Notes under the pieces: generated by a model
Seen by the model: only the letters and a program-made list of their open reading frames with translations
The model's database searches: none
Told to the model about the DNA's origin: nothing
Origin: Eutreptiella sp. 'Long Island Sound 2002'
Lineage: Eukaryota > Protista > Euglenida
NCBI GenBank assembly: GCA_964036045.1
Contig: OZ038378.1
Location: 147,188,001-147,252,000 of the forward strand
Reading direction: 5' to 3'
DNA length: 64,000 nucleotides
Program-made: the position numbers and the translations under genes
Shown here: in pieces, positions 10,652 to 21,000 of the stretch
How positions within the stretch are numbered: position 1 is the first letter of the stretch
Layout of the letters: each line of letters begins with the position of its first letter

Positions 10652-11668
10652 TCAGTCGCTCTCGACTGGGCACTGGAGCCACCAGTGCTTGACTCTGCAC
10701 ACGTCGCAGGGATATCGCGGGGGCTTCCCTGTTTTGAGCACCTTGCCGCCTTTGGACTCGTACGTCTCTTCGGGTGTTCCCATGTTGGTGAAGCGGTCCT
10801 TCACTCGCTCCCTCCGCCTGTCTTGCACGTGCTGCGGAGCCCATTTTCCCGTCTGAGGCCTGGTCTTCGCTCTCTCCTCCTTGACGTTCGCCTTCTCTGA
10901 GCCCCTGGCCCCGTTTGCTCCGTCGGCGGTTCGAGCCTCCAGCTGCGCCTTGACTTCCTCCTTTTCGACCTCGAACAGCAGGTGTGACCACACTTCGGAC
11001 AGGGCCTTCATCGCCGCCTCGTACTCAGACTCCAGCATGCTTTGCAGATTCTCCGCCGCCCAGCCTGCCATCGCCCCCGCCATCGCTCTCGCCCAGGCGG
11101 GTTTCGCCTCGTTGGCCTCCATCTCATGTCCTGCTTCCAGTACGAAAACCACCTGCCGCAGCTGCGGCACTGTCTTGGACGCTCGTAGCTCTTATATCGT
11201 TCGTAGTTGCTGCTCCATCACGAGCTTCATGTCCTCCATTTCTTGGCGCATTTTCTCGATGTCTGCGTGCACCCCTTTGTCGTTTGGCGACCCGCTGGCA
11301 CTGGAGTTGCCCCCAATTGACACCACGTCCGCGGGGTTCTTCTCCGGGGTTCTGTTCCCTGCGATCACTTGGGCATGCTGTGCTGACATGTAGAAAGTGC
11401 AGTCGTTCCAATTGAAGGTCCGCTTGTGGAGGGTCCCGAAGGCTACGACTTGCTCGTAGATGCCCTCCATGGATCCCTTCAGACCATACTTCTGCCTCAG
11501 CCGATCTGCTAGTTCAACGGTGTCAATTCCCGCTGTCTTTGCCGCCGCCACGAGTCTGTCCGTGTCTTGCTGAAGCGTGGATGCGTTTAGCAGCTGCGTG
11601 GCCAGTTCATGCTGGCCCTGCTCGAGGTAATCCTCAAAGCTGATCGGCTGGTTCTCAGACTCAGGCAT
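10652..11668 (-). CDS. Gag-like ORF with C-terminal zinc knuckle; one in-frame TAA at 11192-11194
   Basis: ORFs 11192..11701 and 10652..11170 are in the same frame. Coiled-coil segments and CDVCRVKHWWLQC. Confidence 0.8.
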
Positions 11669-11672
11669 GGTC

Positions 11673-11781
11673 AGGGCGACGGCACACCACAAAACAAACA
11701 AACACTAGGCGAGTGTTCACGAGGTGCCCTCCTCCCACCCCCTTGCCCAATTTAAACTCAAGTTTACTGCATAAACTTTAG
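11673..11781 (-). repeat. Split direct repeat A1 (5' terminal)
   Basis: Identical to 6227-6335; ends just before the gag ATG (11668). Confidence 0.95.
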
Positions 11782-13350
11782 ATAAATATACTTTCTGAAT
11801 TGAAATGACTTGTTGCGCAACGGTTGCCTTTCTCTCGTCGCGTTTTTGCTTCTTTGATTTCTAGGCAAGCGAGTCACTGCCGGGGCACTAGGACCGCAAA
11901 CGCCACTTAACGTGCTTGGGGGGAATGCGCCCTCCTGACTGTAATGCATGAGTGAATTGAAGAATTTCTCAATGGCTGGTCTGAGGGCCTTCAGTGGGTC
12001 CCAGAAGAGCAAGCTCCTGAGTTGACCCAGCCATTTGGTGACCAATGTATTAAAGTCTGGGGAGGCGCAGGGCAGCGCCGCACACCGAACAACCCAGTGC
12101 GCCTTGCGCGCCGCCGAGAGTACTAGCCCTGGAAAAGTAGAGAGGGAGTGCATCACAAAGAAATGCACCCACCGCCCCGTTGTTCGTAGGATTCTCCATT
12201 CACTGAAACAACATACCATAAAGTGATTGATACGAGCATAGAAAGCGCAGTTATGAAGAGCATGAAACACTGTCTCTCGTGCCCCACAAAGGGGGCAATC
12301 TAGGGTCTTAAGCCAGGGCTCTACGCGGGTCCCCACTTTCACTTTGTACCACAAGCACTGAAAAACACTGATAGGGGGGGGGGGACTTTGTAGCGCAGAA
12401 GGCCTTCCAATCTCCTGCCGGGGACCTGTGTTGTACCTTGAGCGATGGTGCGATGAGCGCCAAGGAAGATGACTTGGCCCAGCACCCAGGCCACACTGAC
12501 GGTGGAGACCACTCATTTGATGGCATGAGAACATAGTTGGAGAGGGCTGACTGGTAAACCGGAAGCCAGGTGGGCGGAATGTGTTTTGGGTCTACAATGC
12601 AGGACCTTTTGAGGGCTCTATTGACCCCCCCCCGCTATGGGATACGGATGCGTGTGCACGACCGGTACCGTCAGGCACAAAGCAGAAGTGCAAAGCACAA
12701 GTCAAAGAGAAAAGCTCTTCGGTGACATGTCATAGGCGCCTTTCGCTGCAGTAGGTAAGCAGGTGCAGAATATGCAAAGCAAGTCCACTGCATCTAAGTC
12801 CTATGAACTAAATCCTGGCACAATGACGTATCAGCGGGTACAGAGGACCCCCTCCCCCGGTGGACTCCCTAGTCCACCCGTGGGCTGGTAGAAAGCATGC
12901 GAGACACAGACAATATAAGCGGCAGGTCAGCAGACCGGTCACCGCAAAAATCAGAACATGGCCCATGGTGCCGCAGGTGCCAGGAGGCGTAAAAAGCACC
13001 CTGGCAGGTTGCCTCGCGCTGCAGCCACTGCACCAGGTCTAACACGCTGTCACCGAGCGGCTGTGGCAGGCGCCGCACGATGAAAAGAATCCACTGTATA
13101 GTCGCCGTCACATCCCAGGGTGTCTTTGCCAAAACGCGGTGTACAGCAGACTACATGGAGGTGCGCACGGCGTGGGTAGGGTACCCAGAAAGGACAGCTA
13201 GCTGCATCCACAGGACATATGACAGTAGGAACGCACCCCATGATTGTAGGAATGGGAGTGTATTGGAGAGGGCGGATAGGAAGACATTGGTGGTGCGCCT
13301 AGTGTTAGTGGCCCAGAAATTCTATTGCCTTCGGCAGTGCACCTCGAAGA
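11781..13350 (-). mobile_element. Degenerate L1/Tx1-like element B, 5' part (post-RT region and zf-RVT)
   Basis: CPLCGARETVFHALHNC and SAARKAHWVVRC align with element A (CPVCSQKETVKHAMVEC, SARSAHWRYRC). IPPTWLPVY resembles LPRTWKGVY. The upstream limit is approximate. Confidence 0.75.
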
Positions 13351-13477
13351 GAGGTTGACAATCAGCCAATCAGTCCCTGAGCCAGCAAGCAGGCAGTCAG
13401 ACAGATACACACAGTTTGGGTTTTTTGTCAGTGGCAGATGCGGCCCCAAGCAGCAGCGAGGCCATTCGCCACAATCC

Positions 13478-13655
13478 AAGTAGTGGCCGAGTGGTAACGC
13501 AGCCGGCCGGCATCCGTGTGGTCGGCGGTTCGAATCCCAGTCTGCCCACTTTGGCGCCGCCGCCGGCGGCGGCGCTAAAAGTCAGCAGATCAGGATTCGA
13601 ACCAACGCCTGCACATCTGGTATCGGCTGCGCTACCATTGGACCGCTGGCCCTGG
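13478..13655. repeat. Convergent pair of tRNA-like units around a 22-bp perfect palindrome
   Basis: Plus strand: A-box 13484-13494, B-box 13527-13537. Palindrome 13554-13575. Minus strand: B-box 13603-13593, A-like box 13647-13635. Confidence 0.75.
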
Positions 13656-14882
13656 TACTAGCACCGTGCGTCCCCACTGCTTGTAGCCTATTAAGCAAAA
13701 ACTTTTGACCCCCCCCCCCCCCCCCCCCCCCCCACCCCCCCCCTCAAAAAAGTGATATCCAGTTTTAGGGGGTAGAGGCCTCAAAATCAAAAAATCCATT
13801 GGGGGATGCTCTTATTGGGTAAAATAATGATTTTACAAGGGGTTGGACATCCAATATCATGCCTTGGGGTATGCTACGCGAATGACCCCAAAAAAGGGGG
13901 GTATATGACGCCCGCGCCTGCGCTTGATCTAACAACCTCTCTTCGAGGTGACTTTGCAGGGGGGCGCCGAACTTCAACTGGCCGTGTGTGTCGAGGGCAT
14001 TGGGGTGTGAATGACAAAAAACAGCATCGGTGGACACGTATACCCCCCCCCCCCCGGGAAGTGAAAACCCAGAGCCCCTTGCCCCCCCCCCCCCCTGTAC
14101 GCCCAAACAGAACCCGCCGGTGGGCGCACGTGTGCACAAAAAAAAATACATCACATGTGACACAACCATTTTTTGGTCCTTTGGAGTTATGTACACGTGC
14201 AATCAAATGCACGATCACGTGGAATGCCACAGTACAATGCAGACCTCCCTCCCTCCGGTACAAAAGACAGAGAATGAGAAGGAATGACATTGAGCCACAT
14301 GCACGTTTGGCCACTTCCATTACACTAAATCTACACGGAACCATGCATCTGTCGCAACCCACAGCGGTCGCCCCAGTGGAACCTCTTGGCAGTCGCCACA
14401 GCGGATTGGCAGCCTTCTCGTGTTGCACCCACCCACATCTTGCCAGTATGGTGAAGCACTCGCTCCACCCTGTCATGCACTGCAACCATGCAGCTGAGAA
14501 AATCTACCCCTGCTTTTGGGACTGTCATGTTGACCCCAAGTGCTGAAGTTTTGGGGCCAGGAAATAGGATGCGGGCAGCACATTGCAAGCAACGAAAATG
14601 CATGGAACCGTGATCACTATGTTGCACTGGAGGACGGCCGATACTGTGTCACGAGGTCGCCAACACAACAAGGCTCTGCAGCCATTGGGCCACCAGCACC
14701 TTGCAGCACCAGGTTCCCCTAAATTTCGCCACAGTGGAATTTTGCCAGCTTCCTTAATAACAACCATTGTCCATGCACTTCTCCCGCCCCAACCCCCCAA
14801 ACCCAGCCTGTATCTTTGGGTGCTGCTGCACCCATCAGAAGCCACTAGCACCCGTAGCAAGTTTGAAGCATGTTGGAACGAG

Positions 14883-15146
14883 GGCCAGTCACCTTAGAGT
14901 CAACCTGGTGCCTGGTGGAGCCCACCAGTTACAATACCGAGAGCCAGTCACCTTCGAGTCAACCTGGTGGAGCCCACCAGTTACAATACCGAGAGCCAGT
15001 CACCTTCGAGTCAACCTGGTGGAGCCCACCAGTTACAATACCGAGAGCCAGTCACCTTCGAGTCAACCTGGTGGAGCCCACCAGTTACAATACCGAGAGC
15101 CAGTCACCTTCGAGTCAACCTGGTGGAGCCCACCAGTTACAATACC
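14883..15146. repeat. 52-bp tandem repeat, ~5 copies
   Basis: Unit starts at 14918, 14970, 15022, 15074, 15126; near-identical copies. Confidence 0.95.
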
Positions 15147-15199
15147 ATAGTATAATCATAACAGCCGAGGAACTTCGCCGCTGATCAGAAGTATAGTCC

Positions 15200-15800
15200 A
15201 GGCCCAATGAGAGCACCGAGCCGATGGCAGAATCCTCCACAAAGCGTCAGTGGATCAGCAGTGCCATCCTGGGATCGGAGCATTGGTCCCAGGCAGGAAG
15301 GTGGCCTCCGTGGTTTAGACTCTTGCAGGATGTCTGCAGGCAGCGGCGGTGTTCCTGGCCCCCGTCACACTCCAGGGGCAACCACTGTGGTGCCCTCCAT
15401 GGGGGTGTGCCCCTTGATCCACTGGCGGCCCCACAGCCTCGGCGCCACGTGGGCAGCACCGGCACTGCGCTCGTCTGGCGGGGCACACATGGGCCGCCCT
15501 CTTCCCTCTCACAACGGCACAGGCCAAGGGAGCATGGGGACCCCACTGCCCCCTTCATCCAAACACTCGCTGGCAGACATGCCGCCAGTGACCGGCAGGG
15601 GGGACTACGTGATGGTCAGGAGGCGGCCCCGTACCATGTGCCACTCAGTTCCGCTCCTGCGGCATCCGGAACTCAGTAGGAAGCGGCTGCGTCCCGTGTC
15701 AGACTGAGTAGGATCCAGCACCCCCTGATCGTGGCTGACCCGAGGAGGGCCGGGGGCACATCTGCTTGCTGGCCCTGCCCTTCATTCACCCCCAGCCCTC
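15200..15800 (-). pseudogene. Possible decayed retroelement RNase H relic
   Basis: Fragments AGAELSG and QWIKGH in broken frames; weak. Confidence 0.3.
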
Positions 15801-17570
15801 TCCATGAGGGAGGGGGCGCGCACAGCGGGAGCGCCCCACCCGTTGCGGAGGCCCAGGTCCTCACACAGACCCTGGCCCTGGCGTGAGACGCGGTGCAAAG
15901 CGGAGCTGCGGGGGCAGCCCCACACGCCGGCGCCCCTGCGGCCCAGGACGTACACGGATCGGGCCGGGCGGGGCCGCAATGGATGGGGTGGGGCATGGGC
16001 GTGCGGCGCCCACCCCCTGTCTCCGCCGGGCAAGGCCCCCGCCCCGGGCCCCACACTGCCCCCAATGGGCGTGCGTTGGGACATGACAAGGAAATCGCTT
16101 CAAGGGGCTCTAGTCCAGGGGTTGGGTGCTGGTAATCCGCCACGACCCCTCACAAGAGCCATAATGGAGGTCGGTCCTGTATGACATAAGGCCCCCTCCA
16201 CAGCAACGGTGACGTTCGTTCACCGGAGGCTTGCCCATGACCCGCTTGGGGACAAGATGACAGATGGGGTTGCGAGTGATGAGGAGGCGGGAGGAGGTTG
16301 TGGGCGTGATGGGGCTGTGGGACGCATTGAGAAGAAGGCTCCCATTTGTATGATCACGTGTGGATTGTGTGCGGGGGGTGGGTGGGGCATGGTTTATAGA
16401 GGACAGCCCCGGCGGGGGACCTGGACATTGGGGCCTCTGGCGTCCAGAAGAGAGGCCCTGGGCTCCCGCTTTAAGGCACCGTACGCCTCTTATAACATGT
16501 CTGCAATGCAAACGAGGGAGGGTTGGGGTGCCGGATAGCAAGGCCATGCCATGGACGGCCCAGCACAGGAATGGAATAGACACAGCCCCACATGGCCGGG
16601 GAGAGGCACCGCGCTACTGGCACAGCGCCTCTGCGCTCTGCTGGGGGGACAGGGGGGCCAATCAAGGAGGCGGTTGGGGGGGGGGGGGGCAGTCACACAC
16701 AGTCCGGGGGTGGGGGCGTATGTTGGAGGTCCGTGCGCTGCTGCGCCCTCCCTCCCGGCGTCCGCCTTCCCGACCGGCATGGCATTTGCGGTTAAGGAAC
16801 GGTGTGCCCCAAACCCCTGGGCACGCCGGGGGGGGGGGGGGGCACAAAGCAGCTCCAGGGACCGGGCCCCTATGCAGTCCCCCAGGATGGCCCGGAGGGG
16901 ACAGGGACCCACGCTCCACCAAAAGTGAAAATGGCATTCGTGGAATGAGTGTGACACGGGGGTCCGGAAAAACCATCGGTGGTCTTCGATTCACTGGAAA
17001 GAAAATTCGCCATTTGTGATCCAAAACGATTGTTAGCCAATTGAGCCCTTGGCCTGAACCCTAACCCTAAGCCCCCCCAGCCCCCCGTTCCCCTGCAATC
17101 AACCCCCCCCCCCTCCCCTCCCCTGAAGGACCGCGCGCATTGGCACACGTGCACCGTGCCAGCCCCCCCCCCCCCCCCCTGAGCACGGCCTGTGTGGCGG
17201 CGGTGGAGGGCGGCCTCTGTAGTTCTCTGTGCCTGCGTCTCCTGCCCCCCCCCCCCCACTGGCCTTCAGGGCAGTGCAACCCCTGCCCTCTCAGGCATGG
17301 CGCCCCTCCCTTTGCCGGGCCGCCCCCCGGCGGTCTGACTGGCGGCGTGCGCTGCCACTCCCCCCTGCCCCCCCCCCCCCCCCCTCTGCGCGGGATGGTG
17401 CCCCCTGCCAAGCAGCCCCCCCAACGCGTGCCAGGGATGCGATTGGGCAGAGTTGTCGGTGTGCGGCGGTCACGGGCAGAGATCCCTCGTCCCTCTCCCT
17501 CCCAAACCCTCCGGCGCACCGCGCCACTGTGCAGGGGGCCCGGCGCTGCCCAGCGATCACAACCCCCCCT

Positions 17571-17782
17571 CAGGGATGCATTTGAAGGGAAGGGGCCTCA
17601 GAGGCGGCCTCAGCAGCGGTTAGGCAGGCGGTTGGAGGAGATTGCCGAAGCGGTTGGGGGGCGGTTTACTGTCGGTTATGAATGCCGTTGAGGCCGGTCG
17701 GTACTTGGCGTCCGGGGGACAGGGGCTGGGCATAGGCTGGGCGCCCTCGAGGGGGGGGGGGGGGGGGGCCAATGCATCCCTG
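17571..17782. mobile_element. MITE-like repeat with 12-bp TIR CAGGGATGCATT; related copies at ~32575-32748 and ~32758-32945
   Basis: TIRs at 17571-17582 and 17771-17782. The internal sequence (gcggttaggcaggcggttggaggag...) recurs twice near 32.6-32.9 kb. Confidence 0.75.
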
Positions 17783-18006
17783 CCAGCCCCCCCCCCCCCC
17801 CCGTATTGCACTACTTGAAGCGGCGGTAGAGTGAGGCACGATGGCCGCGATGGTCCTGCCTCCCCAGGCCCTCAGCACTCGCGGGAGGGACTTGGGATGC
17901 ACAGCCTCGCGGGCAGCGGCAGGGCCCCGGGGGGGGGGGGGGCGGGCCTCCGACGTCCCGCCCTTCCAAAGGGCCGGACGGAGGGTGCGTGGGGCCGGCC
18001 ACCGCC

Positions 18007-21000
18007 TCAGCGGAGGTTGGCGGCCGCGGGCTGGTACTGGGGGCCGGCGGAGCGGCGCAGGAGGCAGGAGCCGGCGCCCAGCAGGAAGTGGGCGAGCATC
18101 CCCACCACAAACCCGGACAGGGAGTTGGAGGCCAGGCTGCCCACCACCGTGAGGCACATCACTGTCATGTCCAGTTTGGTGCTGATGTCCCGCGCCGTCG
18201 TGGCCAGCTCCAGCCCGGAGACGAGGAGGAACGTGGCGAGGAGGGTGGGTGGGAAGTGCCGGAACAGCGTCAGCAGCGAGGGGCCCAGCAGCACCGCCAG
18301 CGTCATCTTGGCGGTCCCCAGCATCAGCACCGACATCTGCGCGGTCCACAAAAACGGGACGACACACGGAGCGCACCGTCACGCGGAACAGAACCGGCGA
18401 CACGGACCGCAGGCCACATCACGACAGAACTCGTTGCGCATGGCCCACAGCGCGAACCACCGCACGGGCCACGACGGACCCCGCCCCACGTGTGTCACGA
18501 CACGCTGCTCACGACGACCCACACCACAGACCACATCGCAAACCCACCAACCAAACCACCAAATCACGACACAAATAAAACCACGAATACAAACCACAGC
18601 AGCTGCCGTCATTGTATTGGCATTGTACTGCGTTCGGATTGCGTGGGTATCAGACTTTGTTTATAAGAGGGGGGGGGGGCTCTTTTGGCTCTGAGACCCA
18701 CCCGCTCAAAAAAAAAATCTTGACCCAAAATGTGGCCGGGGGAAAATCAAAATTGCATAAGCGGCCCCTTTGTGGGACACCCCCCAGACCCCCCCCCCCC
18801 TTTGGTATCAATTCCTCGTAAACAAAGCCTTGTGGGCATTGATTGTGCTGCTACTGTGTGGGTGCCGCATGGGTAGTGCATTCGCATCCGGGGTACAAGC
18901 GCACGCGACGGGTGCGGACCTGCGTGCGGGCCCCAAACAGGTACTGGGACGCGAGGCCCCCGCAGCCATGGCACATGGGCATGGAACCAAACCAGACGCT
19001 GCCGAGGTTGAGGAGCCCCACGCTGACCGCCACGCTCCGGAGGGTGGGCAGCCGCACCAGCGAGTCCGCCGCGGCCCCCCCGTCCGGCCCCGGCGCCGCC
19101 TCCAAGTCCTCCACTGGCTGCGCGTACCGCTCCTCCGGATGCGGAGCGGGGGGGGCCAGGGGGTCCGGGCTGGCGGGGCTGTGCGGCGCGTCGCAGGGCC
19201 TGCGGAAGAGCTCGTCGGAGAGGCTGACGACCGCGACGATGGAGTTCAGGGTCGTCAGCGGCAGCTGCGGCAGCCCCGCCACGAGGAACCCCTGCAGCAG
19301 CTGCCCCCAGTCCCACTCCGACGCGAGGGGCCGCAGGGGCCAATGCAGCCCCAGGGCCACGCCGTGCCCGTGGCTGTCGACGAGGGCGTAGACCACCCCA
19401 AGCGCCAGGTAGACGAGGGCGATGGGGACGCGCTGGTGGTGCAGGTGCGGCAGCAGCAGCAGCACCACCACCAGCCCCCCAAGCCCCAGCCCGAGGTCCA
19501 CGGTCCCTGCGAACGAGAGGGGGCACCCCGCGGGAGGTCGCACACGCCCGGAGCAGCGCCTCCAGAAAGGGAACAGCACGCCAACCCCCTCCACCGGAAG
19601 ACAGTCCATCGGGAGACGACCGCGGCAGAAAGGGAACGGCACGCCAACCCCCTCCGCCGCAGGAAGACAGTCTATCGGGAGACGACCGCAGCAGACTGCC
19701 TAACCCAGAGTACAATTCTACGAGGGGGGAGGGTCCCAGACTTTTCACCCACCCACCCAGGCTGGGGCACCCACCCAGACCCCCCCACCCCCCGGGTTAA
19801 CTTAATACCTTATAAACATTCCCTGATGCATACAGGACCACGCCATCAAACAGCCCAACCCCCGTTCTCAAGCGCGAAAGGAATGTCTGGAACGGGGGAT
19901 GGGCCGCTGTCGCACATTGAGTGGGGGATGTGCCCAGCAGCCCCCTGAGTGGGGGGTGGGGGGTTGGGCCATGGTCCTCCAACTCCGGGGCCACTCCAGC
20001 AGGAGGCACTACATCCGGTGCAACACACACGGTCGGGTCGGAGAACTGGGGGGGCAAGGGTGTGATTGGGCGGGGGGTTGCCCCACTCTGCCCCCATTCC
20101 CTCACGGTTTTGCAAAATGCACATCATCAAAAAGGGGTAGCGCAAGTCGACAAACCACCACTGAACAGCACCGGGCATCAGTGAGCAAATCCGAGGAAAT
20201 GGGGAGGAAATGAGTGGCCTTTGAGGCATTGTTGTTGCCAGGACACATCTCTTCCCACCAGCACCTCCATCAAAACCTACTCAACAGCATTATCTCACCA
20301 AAACGGGGAAAGCGGGGACTCACCGAATTGCTGCATTCGCTGCATGAGAGAAAGGGCTGTGGGTTGTGAGGATCGCTGCGACTACTGTAGCTTAGACAAG
20401 GCCGTAGCTTGCATGCGACACATACAACTGCCGGCACACACACCACCACCAAGAAAAGGGGAAGATAATGCACAAGTATCCCCAAAATCAGAGCTCTGTG
20501 GGTTCAAGTGGGCAAACACTCACAACAAATGTGTCCATGACTCCATGCAATTGGCAGATTTGTCAGCAAAGCCATGTCTTATGCGGTTGCACTACATTTT
20601 GTACCGAATTCAATTAGGTACGAAATTAATACGGTCCCTACGCCCGCTGTAGCCTAGACAAGGCCGTAGCTTAGCGATGAATGGACAAAGGACGTCACCC
20701 CCGGTATCCCACCGGCAGGAAATCACAGTGCAGACAAGGCCGTAGCTTAGACTGGGGGGGGGGGGACACCCTGACACCCCCTTCCTTTCCCTTGGTCGGG
20801 TGTGCCAATGGAGACCCCAGGCTGTCCCTGTTTCACTGCCCCACTGCTCCATGTTGGCACCGGTCCTTGCCATCGGCCGGCGGCGCCCAGGCTGACACAG
20901 CCCACATTGGCTGTGGGGGAACCCTCCCAAAGTGTTGGGCCGCCAGGACACTGCTTCGTGATAACGGGGATGGGGCTTACATTGGCGCTCCCGAGATTTT

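Larger units (their letters stand above)
5748..11781 (-). mobile_element. Full-length tyrosine-recombinase retrotransposon (VIPER/TATE gene order gag-YR-RT-RH) with split direct repeats
   Basis: Gag CCHC knuckle, YR and RT/RH motifs. Repeat A at 11673-11781 and 6227-6335; repeat B at 6335-6552 and 5748-5935. The flanks rejoin in frame with no TSD. Confidence 0.9.

Noticed and set aside
9758-11194. Stop-codon reassignment (TAA/TAG read as sense)
   Set aside because: In-frame TAA/TAG occur only in TE relics, would need different amino acids at different sites, and in-frame TGA also occurs. Host exons contain none. All three host genes ending in TGA is too small a sample.
17058-17072. Telomere seed (CCCTAA)2
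   Set aside because: Too short to distinguish from chance in C-rich sequence.
15200-17560. Many overlapping GC-rich ORFs (also 30100-36600)
   Set aside because: Expected from high GC content and dispersed repeats; no motifs or splice-consistent exons beyond those reported.
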